From: an uncultured bacterium
Lineage (GTDB): Bacteria > JAJVIF01 > JAPKYR01
Direction: 5' to 3'
Assembly (NCBI GenBank): GCA_965369865.1
Contig: CBDURU010000024.1
Coordinates: 1-35,321, forward strand
Length of the DNA: 35,321 nt
The notes under the pieces were generated by a model, which was given only the letters and a program-made list of their open reading frames with translations, made no database searches and was not told where the DNA came from. The position numbers and the translations under genes are program-made. Of the stretch, positions 27,758 through 35,321 are shown one piece after another. The first letter of the stretch is position 1, and each line of letters starts with the position of its first letter.

Positions 27758-28510
27758 ATGAAAATTTTCATTTCTACAGCTATCGGTATGTCCCTGCTTA
27801 TGTTCCTGATCCTGGCCCCTGCGATTGCAGGTGAAGGCCCGGACGAAATCGAGTCAAACGATACAATGGAACTGGCCGACTTTATAGATTCCTACTATAT
27901 CCAGGGCCATATGGACGAGGATGACGATGAAGACTGGTATGTCCTTGAAGGACAGGAAGGTTATCATCCGACATTCACAATTTATTTCGATGACGATGAA
28001 CTGGAAGTTGACTGGGCGATCTGGTCCGACGATGAATTGATCGAATCGGCAATCGACTGGGGATCTGATGAATCCATCACCTGCTCTGTCCCGGGTGAGT
28101 GCTTCATCCAGGTATGGTGGTGGTCCGGTGAAGGCGACTACGAGATCGAGATCGAACCTGAAAAAGGCGAATGTGAAGGCGAGGACGAAATCGAACCGAA
28201 CAATGAAGCCGACCTTGCAGACTATATCGAGGATGCTCTGGAAATCCACGGTTATATGTGCGAAGACGATGAAGACTGGTTTGTGCTGGGAGGCCAGGAA
28301 GGCTACAATCCAACTTTCACCATTTTCTTTGATGGTGATGAAGTCGAGATGGACTGGGAAATTTACTCCGATGATGAATTAGTAGAAGGTGCATACGGCT
28401 GGGACGGTGATGAGAGCATCACATGCGAGGTCCCGGACGAGTGTTTCATCTATATTTACTGGTGGAGTGGCGAAGGCGAATACTGGATTGAAATTGAGCC
28501 GGAGAAATAA
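27758..28510 (+). CDS. Secreted, extremely acidic protein with two tandem PPC-like repeats
   Basis: GGAGGAG RBS, signal peptide MKIFIST...AIA; two ~108-aa repeats DEIE(S/P)N...A...I.G.M.EDDEDW..L.GQEGY.PTFTI.FD.DE...W...WWSGEG.Y.IEIEPEK. Confidence 0.85.
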   Translation: MKIFISTAIGMSLLMFLILAPAIAGEGPDEIESNDTMELADFIDSYYIQGHMDEDDDEDWYVLEGQEGYHPTFTIYFDDDELEVDWAIWSDDELIESAIDWGSDESITCSVPGECFIQVWWWSGEGDYEIEIEPEKGECEGEDEIEPNNEADLADYIEDALEIHGYMCEDDEDWFVLGGQEGYNPTFTIFFDGDEVEMDWEIYSDDELVEGAYGWDGDESITCEVPDECFIYIYWWSGEGEYWIEIEPEK

Positions 28511-28529
28511 GTTATAAATAAATTAATCC

Positions 28530-28560
28530 AACACTCCGATTAAACCCGGAGTGTTTTTTT
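28530..28560 (+). terminator. Intrinsic terminator
   Basis: ACACTCCG-ATTAAACC-CGGAGTG followed by a T run. Confidence 0.8.
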
Positions 28561-28593
28561 ATATTTTTACATGCGAGGCGCATAAAAAAAAGT

Positions 28594-28707
28594 GAATTCA
28601 TGGGGACGTTTTTCCATGCTTCCAGCATTGAAAGTGTCCCCATGAATTCTTAGTTACACGGGACACCTTCAATGCTGGAAGCATGGAAAGGCGTCCCTGA
28701 ATCTAAG
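28594..28707. repeat. Pair of inverted REP/BIME-like palindromic units (GGGAC...GTCCC)
   Basis: Unit A (28603-28640) matches the reverse complement of unit B (28660-28697) at 35/38 nt; each folds on itself; located between convergent genes. Confidence 0.85.
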
Positions 28708-28787
28708 ATTGGCATTACAAGCGAGTTGCATAAAAAAAAGATGCTCTGCAGCATCCTGAAAACAAATCAAATTTTTTTATGTAACTG

Positions 28788-30182
28788 TTATCTCGATGTT
28801 GCTATTAATGCCTGGAACTCGGGATCATTTTTTAGTGCAACATTGGCAATCTTTTCCGCAATACCCCAGCTCTTTAAAGGCAGATCGTAATTAGAGCACT
28901 TCCTGAGATATTCCAGGGCGGCCTCACGATCGCCAAGAGCGGCATACACGAGGAAAAGGCAGTAGGTGTTACGCTTGATATCGTGCCCCATCCTGAGATT
29001 TGATTTCGAATGACGCGCGGCTTTTTCGAGGTTTTTCAAAACCTCGCCGCCCGGCTTGCCCATGGCCCTGTAAACCCTGGCGAGACTGAAATAACTGAAA
29101 GCATAGGACGGTTGTTTTTCGATCGCCATCTGCAGAAGCTCAACCGCCTTAGAGAAATTTTTCCTGTTTATCTGGATCGAAGCCTGGTTGTTAAGCGCGT
29201 TTGCGAAATCGGGATTCTGGTCGACAGCTAGTGAGAAATCATGAGCGGCATCGTCTTCTTCATCCATGTATAAAAAGGCGTTACCCCTGTTGAAATATGC
29301 GTTCGGGTTGATTGGTTGAAGTTCGATCGCTTTATCGTAATCTTTGGCCGCTGTTTCAAACTGCCCGAGTTCGTAATAAGCCTCGCCTTTCTGCATATGA
29401 GCGTTCGGGTCATCCGGATTCAGCTCAACCGCCCTCTCGAAATCATGGGCAGCCCCGATAAGATCGTTCTCCATCAATTTGATTCGTCCCGCCATGATGA
29501 ATAGGTTCTTATCGGTTGGGAACCTTTGCATCGCCTCGCCAAGGATACGCTTACGCTCCTCACCGTCGAGGTATGACAGGAACTGCAGGTAAAGATTAAG
29601 GGGGACATCCGATCCGGTCTTAAGGATTTCAGTTGCGATCTGTTCGCGGTGAAGAACAATTTCACGTATGAGCCTGTTTATAAGTCCCTCGGGATCGCCC
29701 GGTTGAAATACGATAACCTGTTCGTCGATAAGCCCGGGAAGATGCGCGAGATAATTCAACCTCGGCTGCGGCGCCTCCTTGACTTTGACGTCGCTTCGCT
29801 CTTTTTCAGAATATAGCGACCGAACATCGATTTCCGCATTCTGGCTTTTTAGAATGATAATCGGTTTCTGCATCGAAACCGCAAGCCCATATTCAAATCC
29901 AATTGTTGGAGTCAGGCCGTCCAGGATGACAACGGTGAATATCGAATCCTTTATTGTGTAGATGAGCCTCGAACGGAAATCAATATCTTTTTCAAGCTGA
30001 TCGCTGGTTATGACATTGAAATTGAAACGTTCACGCAGGGCGGTACGGACAATATCAACAGGATTATCCAGATGTCCTTCCAGCCCGGCCTGGATAAGAT
30101 ACACATTAAGGCGGGTTATTGTGTCTGATTTTTTTACAGATCTCAGACTTTGGATTCCGCTATCGAACGGATCTCCAGCCAT
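28788..30182 (-). CDS. TPR-repeat protein with N-terminal nucleoside-2-deoxyribosyltransferase/TIR-like domain
   Basis: N-terminal 'I..SIFTVVILDGLTPTIGFEYGLAVSMQKPIIIL'; C-terminal TPRs (AVELNPDD..A...KGEAYYELGQFE.A..DYDKAIELQP...AYFNRG). Confidence 0.8.
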   Translation of the reverse strand: MAGDPFDSGIQSLRSVKKSDTITRLNVYLIQAGLEGHLDNPVDIVRTALRERFNFNVITSDQLEKDIDFRSRLIYTIKDSIFTVVILDGLTPTIGFEYGLAVSMQKPIIILKSQNAEIDVRSLYSEKERSDVKVKEAPQPRLNYLAHLPGLIDEQVIVFQPGDPEGLINRLIREIVLHREQIATEILKTGSDVPLNLYLQFLSYLDGEERKRILGEAMQRFPTDKNLFIMAGRIKLMENDLIGAAHDFERAVELNPDDPNAHMQKGEAYYELGQFETAAKDYDKAIELQPINPNAYFNRGNAFLYMDEEDDAAHDFSLAVDQNPDFANALNNQASIQINRKNFSKAVELLQMAIEKQPSYAFSYFSLARVYRAMGKPGGEVLKNLEKAARHSKSNLRMGHDIKRNTYCLFLVYAALGDREAALEYLRKCSNYDLPLKSWGIAEKIANVALKNDPEFQALIATSR

Positions 30183-30290
30183 GCGTGACCTCCATGCGGA
30201 GTTATTTACATCCTTTGCCTATTTATTATGATACATTATAGCAGAAATTTAATACTACTGAAACATATGCCGGATTCAGGCAATTATTGT

Positions 30291-30319
30291 TTGATTGAAC
30301 GCATGCTTTCACTTATTAT
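30291..30319 (+). promoter_or_regulatory. Sigma70-like promoter of fliW-csrA
   Basis: TTGATT-N17-TATTAT. Confidence 0.5.
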
Positions 30320-30404
30320 ACATCGTGATTAAAGATCGCTATTTTTCACCAATTTCTATGAAAATTCCTTAACTTTTGATCCAGAGGACTGGGAATAATT
30401 AAAA

Positions 30405-30914
30405 ATGAATGAAACAGACTCAACCATTAGTCTCAAATCATCTCGGTTTGGAGACCTTGAGATCCCTCAAAGTAAGTTGATCAAGGTTCCGGAGGGCATA
30501 ATCGGCTTCCCGGATTCCAGGCTTTACGCTCTGCTTGACCCATCTGCGGGCGATTCGGTGTTCCTCTGGCTCCAGGCAGCGGATGATCCGGACCTGGCAT
30601 TTATTATAACAAACCCACTCGAATTCATCCTGGATTACACCGTTGACAAGTCCGAGCCGGATATCCAGCGGCTGGATATCGCTGGTAAACCTCCCCCGGC
30701 ATTATTTGTTATTATCACTGTACCTCGGAACGATCCTGACAATGTTACCGCAAACCTCCTGGCCCCCCTCCTGTATTTCGAGAATGAAAATATCCTCTAC
30801 CAGATCGTAATGGAAAAAGCCGACTGGCCGCTTCGACACAAGCTCCTGCCCCATGACGATTCGGAGACCGATGAACCACCTGATGAAACTGAACAGGCAG
30901 GAGGGGATGCGTGA
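30405..30914 (+). CDS. fliW: Flagellar assembly factor FliW (CsrA antagonist)
   Basis: SRFG, EGIIGF, FLWLQ, LAFIITNP..F..DY, TANLLAP; adjacent to csrA. Confidence 0.92.
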   Translation: MNETDSTISLKSSRFGDLEIPQSKLIKVPEGIIGFPDSRLYALLDPSAGDSVFLWLQAADDPDLAFIITNPLEFILDYTVDKSEPDIQRLDIAGKPPPALFVIITVPRNDPDNVTANLLAPLLYFENENILYQIVMEKADWPLRHKLLPHDDSETDEPPDETEQAGGDA

Positions 30915-31150
30915 TGCTTGTTCTCTCCCGAAAGAAAGATGAGACGATCGTAATCGGGGATAATATCGAACTTACGGTGGTCGAAGTAAAGGGTGATACG
31001 GTAAAACTTGGAATCAACGCCCCTCGTGAGGTCAAAATCTTCCGTGGGGAACTTTTAGAGGCAATCAGGGCCGCGAATATCGAAGCCGCTGCACAGGCTG
31101 CGGTCGATCTGGACGCTCTTTCCAAAAAAATCAAGCCCAAGGGAAAGTAA
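30914..31150 (+). CDS. csrA: Carbon storage regulator CsrA (long, FliW-regulated type)
   Basis: MLVLSRKKDETIVIGDNIE..V..VKLGINAPREV.IFRGE plus C-terminal extension; TGATG overlap with fliW. Confidence 0.96.
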   Translation: MLVLSRKKDETIVIGDNIELTVVEVKGDTVKLGINAPREVKIFRGELLEAIRAANIEAAAQAAVDLDALSKKIKPKGK

Positions 31151-31240
31151 TCGGGTAATCGATTACCCCCTCCCGTTTCACGGACTCGACGGGATGTATG
31201 AGAATTTCGAGTAACATCGACTTCTTTTATCCCTATTACA

Positions 31241-31269
31241 TTGACTTAAAACCCACAAACGGCTAATAT
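31241..31269 (+). promoter_or_regulatory. Sigma70-like promoter of dnaN
   Basis: TTGACT-N17-TAATAT. Confidence 0.6.
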
Positions 31270-31374
31270 TTGGTCTCCCCATTTTGGGAGGTTAAATTTG
31301 TTTCATCGCCCGATTATCGGACGTTTGGGTATTTCTGTTATTTTGGAAATTTCAGAAGAGAGAATAGTCACACT

Positions 31375-32502
31375 ATGAAGGTTAAATTATCGCTAAAAGA
31401 ATTCACAAAATACCTGCAGGTCGCAATGAGAGCGATCGCCGTAAGGCCCACTTTACCGATCCTGAACTACATGCTCATGGAGGCTGAGGATGGCAAAGTC
31501 ATGCTCACCGGATATGACATGGAGATGGGAATCAGGGTGAAATTCCCTGCCGAGGTAATTGAGGCTGGTAGCCTTGCTGTAAAGGCTAAAACCCTGAACG
31601 AAATCGTGACGCAGATACCCGCCGAGGATATCGAGCTGGATTTCAACGACATCTCGAAAATCACCATCAGTGGCGGACGAAGCGAATTTCAGCTTGTTGG
31701 GAAACCCGGCGGTGAATACCCGAGCCTTCCCGATGTAGGTGAGGAGGAGGAAGTTCTGACCCTCCCGATCGAAAGGTTCATGACCAATCTTAAACGGACA
31801 ATTTTCGCGAGCAGCCTGGATATGCCGAAGAATTACACATCCGGGATTTTGCTGAAAATCAGCGACGATCTCCTTCAGATCGTCGCGACCGACGGACGTC
31901 GGCTCGCGATGGTAACCGACAAACTCAATAGCGTTCATGAAGGCGAAAAGATGGTGCTGATCCCGTCGAAGACGATGCACGAGCTGTTACGGATCCTCGG
32001 GATGAACTGGGAGGGCGACCTTGAACTTCACTTGTCAGAAAATCTCGCGCTCTTCCGACTTGGCGATAATGGTGAAGTGGAGATTATCACTCATCTCCTT
32101 GACACTCCCTACCCTGATTACGAAAAGGTTATTCCCGAGGAAACCACTGGATCCCTGGTTGTAGATCGCAACCGTCTTATCGCCAGCCTTAGACAGGTCG
32201 GTATCCTCGCGCGCCAGCAGGACGGCCGGGATATGTCGGTACTTGAAACCACTGACGATCACCTTAAAATCAGTTCAAAGGCTGAAAGTGAGGGTAAGGC
32301 CGAGGTTGAAGTGCCGATCGAACGTGAAGGAGAACCGCTTAAAGTAGCGTTTAACTACCAATACCTTCTCGACCCGCTCCTTGCGGTCGACGATGAGAAA
32401 ATAGTGATGAAATATTCCGGGTCGCTGGAACCGGGGATAATAACAATCCCGTCCGATGATTCGTATACATATGTCGTGATGCCGGTCAGGCTGCCGGAAT
32501 AG
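31375..32502 (+). CDS. dnaN: DNA polymerase III beta sliding clamp
   Basis: LPIL, GYDME, EYPSLP, VATDGRRLA, YPDYEKVIP, AFNYQYL.D.L, VVMPVR. Start moved to ATG 31375. Confidence 0.95.
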   Translation: MKVKLSLKEFTKYLQVAMRAIAVRPTLPILNYMLMEAEDGKVMLTGYDMEMGIRVKFPAEVIEAGSLAVKAKTLNEIVTQIPAEDIELDFNDISKITISGGRSEFQLVGKPGGEYPSLPDVGEEEEVLTLPIERFMTNLKRTIFASSLDMPKNYTSGILLKISDDLLQIVATDGRRLAMVTDKLNSVHEGEKMVLIPSKTMHELLRILGMNWEGDLELHLSENLALFRLGDNGEVEIITHLLDTPYPDYEKVIPEETTGSLVVDRNRLIASLRQVGILARQQDGRDMSVLETTDDHLKISSKAESEGKAEVEVPIEREGEPLKVAFNYQYLLDPLLAVDDEKIVMKYSGSLEPGIITIPSDDSYTYVVMPVRLPE

Positions 32503-32552
32503 GAATTCGACAAGTAGACCGGAGTAAATAATTAGAAAAAAAATTCCCGATT

Positions 32553-32582
32553 GCCCCGCCATTTATGGTGTGGGCTTTTTTA
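32553..32582 (+). terminator. Intrinsic terminator after dnaN
   Basis: GCCCCGCCA-TTTA-TGGTGTGGGC-TTTTTT. Confidence 0.7.
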
Positions 32583-32716
32583 TTTCCATATTGAAATTGG
32601 CTGCTCTTACAGGGGATGAAATAAATGTATGAGGTAACAATTGGAGTCCCGGTTAAGAAACATGTTACAATAATCCCAGAGGATTTTCGTACGATAAATA
32701 TACTGGAAATAACCTG

Positions 32717-34654
32717 GTGATGAGGTTCGGGATGTCTGCTGATTCATACAGTCGGATGGAGTTGATTCGCCTTTCCAATGCGACCGGGAAGGTGCTGAAC
32801 CGCCTGAATTTACTTCAGGGGCAGATCCTGCATGGGAAAATTTTCAAAATGGAACCGTTTTCCACGGGTGGAAAATCCGGACAGGAAGTTGGAATCGGTA
32901 CATCGGGTGGTGTGGCGAAAATTGTACTTGGCAGTCAACTGATTGAAGCAGTGGTTAATAAACTCCTCCCGGAAGGGGCAAGTATTAAACTTGAGGTTAT
33001 CCAACTTGCCGACGAAAAGTTCACACTGAGGTTACTTGCGGTAGATGGGATATTGACCGGCAGTCAGAATGTCGCGACAATTTCCGACTTACCCGACATG
33101 GTCGATTGGACAACCGAAACCCGGCAGGCAATCGAGAACTCTCAGGCCAGAACCCTTGAAACCTCTGGATTCCAGACACAAACCAGGATAGTCGACCTGC
33201 CAAATTTGTCTGAACTTCCTGAAACCGCGGCGCGAATGCTTAAAGCGGCGATTTCGGAAGGATTCATCGAACCCGCTCAATTCACGGCAAAAATTCCTGA
33301 AATTCAAACATCATTACAGAAAGCCATCAGTCAGCTCGAGGGATCGATTCGTACAATTACCGAAGTATCGCCACAGCCTGTACAGGAAATAGCAAAGTCG
33401 ATCAATGCGCTCATAAAAATCCTGCTGCCGATCGTTGCCCGTCTCCCGTCGCAGTATGTACCTCTTAACGATTCGGTGACGCTGGTTTCGCAGGCTTTGA
33501 AGGATGCCGCGTATGTTTTAAGGCCGTTAAATGAACCCGGTTCTCTTGTAACTTTCAGTTTCCCCGGCCAACCGCGACAAGGTCCGGCTCCCGGAATCCC
33601 CCAGGCGGGACCGATGGTGCCCACAACCGCTCAATCGACCGGCAGCCAGCCTTCCAGCGCACCTTCGCAGCCGACCAATGTTACGGAATCAGGATTTTCA
33701 ACCCCACAGGCCCAATCCGGAAGTGCTGGAACAGCTCCACAGCCCCAACAGGCTACCCAGGCTGGCCGGATTAGTGAAACCAGCCCAGGACAGCCGGCAC
33801 CAGCAACCCAGGCACCGGGCATTGTTGCCGGGACTTCAGGAACAGCGGCGAGTACAAATGTACCAGGCACTGTAAATGCCCAGATGCCAGTACCTGCGAC
33901 TCCGTCTACACCAGACGCTGCAGGCACTGAATCGCCTAAGGCGGTAAAAGCTGCTCTCCCTGAAATACCGGGTAAAAGAACATCTGAAGACATATCCCAG
34001 GACAGGCAGGCAAGAGCTGAACAAGCTCAACACGCGCGAAATGTGCTTCTCGGAATTCGAACTCTCTCTCTCCTATCGTCTCGCCTTGTACAGACACGGG
34101 GATGGAATATACATGAATCGGCGATTTTCGGGAATCATGCGACACATCTCACAACACTCGCGGACGCATACGAGGGCGCATTAATAGCCCCTTTGCTTAC
34201 CAGTGCGTTTGAAACTCCGGATGCAATTCCGAGACTTTTACTCTCCTTACTTTTCCCAGGCGGATATGGCGAAGTGGGAATAATTCAACCGGACGGGACG
34301 CGTCCAGATGGAAGCGGGTCGGAAGAGTCCGACAGGGATGACCGGAGAAACAATTGTACCGGTTTAATACGCCTGAGGACCGAAGGGCTGGGAAATCTAA
34401 ATGTAAAACTCGATTTTCATGGTGATGCGGAAAATGAAATTCCCCCGAGGGTTTCAGGTACATTCCATGCCGAGCAGTTTGCGGCCGATATTCTACGGAC
34501 AGGAATCCCGGCACTCGACAGGGCACTGGACGCGCGGGGGATAATTTCCGACGGATTTAATGTCCGGGAAACAGGGACTGGAAGACAGGCGCCCGTAACA
34601 GGAATTCCAGCCAGAAGAACCGACATGTCGGGGGGACTTGATATAAAAGTGTAA
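32717..34654 (+). CDS. FliK-like (hook-length control / YlqG-like) protein
   Basis: Long P/Q/A/T low-complexity linker; C-terminal 'LRTEGLGNLNVKL...L...L...G...LDIKV'; upstream of an FlhB-like gene. Confidence 0.7.
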   Translation: MMRFGMSADSYSRMELIRLSNATGKVLNRLNLLQGQILHGKIFKMEPFSTGGKSGQEVGIGTSGGVAKIVLGSQLIEAVVNKLLPEGASIKLEVIQLADEKFTLRLLAVDGILTGSQNVATISDLPDMVDWTTETRQAIENSQARTLETSGFQTQTRIVDLPNLSELPETAARMLKAAISEGFIEPAQFTAKIPEIQTSLQKAISQLEGSIRTITEVSPQPVQEIAKSINALIKILLPIVARLPSQYVPLNDSVTLVSQALKDAAYVLRPLNEPGSLVTFSFPGQPRQGPAPGIPQAGPMVPTTAQSTGSQPSSAPSQPTNVTESGFSTPQAQSGSAGTAPQPQQATQAGRISETSPGQPAPATQAPGIVAGTSGTAASTNVPGTVNAQMPVPATPSTPDAAGTESPKAVKAALPEIPGKRTSEDISQDRQARAEQAQHARNVLLGIRTLSLLSSRLVQTRGWNIHESAIFGNHATHLTTLADAYEGALIAPLLTSAFETPDAIPRLLLSLLFPGGYGEVGIIQPDGTRPDGSGSEESDRDDRRNNCTGLIRLRTEGLGNLNVKLDFHGDAENEIPPRVSGTFHAEQFAADILRTGIPALDRALDARGIISDGFNVRETGTGRQAPVTGIPARRTDMSGGLDIKV

Positions 34655-34661
34655 AAGAAGA

Positions 34662-34949
34662 ATGGCTTTGAATAATGACATAAGGCGTGCAATCGCCCTT
34701 GGATACGATCCGGAAACCGACCGCGCCCCCAAAGTAATGGCAAAAGGTCTCGGTCCGGTGGCTGAAGCGATCCTGGCAATCGCGAGAAAACACGACGTGC
34801 AATTGCACGAAGATCCCGCGCTTGCCAGGAGCCTGTATATACTCGAACTCGGACAGGAAATTCCAGAGGAGTTTTACATAGCGATCGCGGAGGTTCTGGC
34901 GTTTATATACAGGATGGATAAGAAGATGAAAAGCGCAGGATTACGTTAG
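34662..34949 (+). CDS. Stand-alone FlhB C-terminal-like (EscU/YscU/HrcU family) switch protein
   Basis: AIALGYD....APKVMAKG.G.VAEAI...A....V...EDP.LA..L.......EIPEE.Y.AIAEVLAFIY. Confidence 0.92.
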   Translation: MALNNDIRRAIALGYDPETDRAPKVMAKGLGPVAEAILAIARKHDVQLHEDPALARSLYILELGQEIPEEFYIAIAEVLAFIYRMDKKMKSAGLR

Positions 34950-34984
34950 GTATTTCCACAATTTTAAACGATAGAGGGGAAATT

Positions 34985-35080
34985 ATAAGACTCACTTACG
35001 ATCCGGAATACAATATTGCATACATCTACTTTCGGGATAAACCTGCTTCGGGGACAAGGCATTTTTCCCTTGATATGTAA
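34985..35080 (+). pseudogene. DUF2283-like (putative antitoxin) remnant
   Basis: After a GAGGGG RBS the frame reads ATA(I)-RLTYDPEYNIAYIYFRDKP, resembling the 'MKITYD.E.D.LYI.F' family; start is ATA and the frame runs into repeat sequence and stops at 31 aa. Confidence 0.6.
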
Positions 35081-35111
35081 TGGTAAAGGAATGATTCAGG
35101 AATTTTTGAAA

Positions 35112-35300
35112 ACCGGGGACATGTCTTTTTTCTCCAGTTATGCGGTTGAATCATGCTAAGTGATGATTAGGGAAAAAAGCACTTGTCCCCTATCAGTGAC
35201 AACCCCGATGGCAAAGGGAACACCGGGGACATGTCTTTTTTCTCCAGTTACGCGGTTGAATTATGCTAAGTGGTGATTAGGGAAAAAAGCACGTGTCCCC
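35112..35300 (+). repeat. Two 79-bp palindromic direct repeats (35112-35190, 35222-35300) with a 31-bp spacer; inverted partial copy at 35050-35070
   Basis: 75/79 identical; each begins ACCGGGGACATGTCTTTTTTCTC and ends GGGAAAAAAGCAC(T/G)TGTCCCC. Confidence 0.92.
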
Positions 35301-35321
35301 AAATCGATCAGCAGGGATGGG

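Noticed and set aside
31150..31375. oriC next to dnaN
   Set aside because: No TTATCCACA-type box cluster and no dnaA.
32671..32697. Sigma28 promoter before the FliK-like gene (TAAT-N15-TACGATAA)
   Set aside because: Three mismatches to TAAA-N15-GCCGATAA; too weak to call.
35112..35300. Integron attC sites
   Set aside because: No RYYYAAC/GTTRRRY core ends, no cassette ORF between units, no integrase.
35112..35321. CRISPR array
   Set aside because: The 79-bp repeat is far longer than CRISPR repeats, only two full copies are visible, and there are no cas genes in the window.

Overview
Bacterial chromosomal segment of moderate GC with AT-rich intergenic regions; the lineage cannot be assigned from the sequence alone. 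The left 15 kb is a type IV pilus locus on the minus strand: four unusually large, acidic prepilin-like proteins, pilD, a pilU-like ATPase, pilC and pilT. It is interrupted by an AT-rich dGTPase-like gene, a SAM methyltransferase and an 860-aa lipoprotein. The middle holds a likely operon (hisS, secreted FG-GAP-like protein, membrane protein, PGI/PMI, mpg) below a tRNA-His gene, followed by a GT-C glycosyltransferase, a solitary phnE, an S8 protease and acidic secreted proteins. The right end has an NDT/TIR-like plus TPR protein, fliW-csrA, an orphan dnaN, a FliK-like/FlhB-like pair and GGGGAC...GTCCCC hairpin repeats. Most notable: (1) a presenilin/signal-peptide-peptidase-like GxGD protease (xD...GFGD...PALP) whose start overlaps the stop of a secreted-protein gene; (2) a methyltransferase cassette flanked by two versions of the pilU 3' end that differ only at synonymous sites; (3) a 79-bp repeat / 31-bp spacer hairpin array with a compensatory base change, running to the window edge beside a broken DUF2283-like gene; (4) giant, probably Ca-binding pilins. 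All protein calls come from motif recognition, not database searches.
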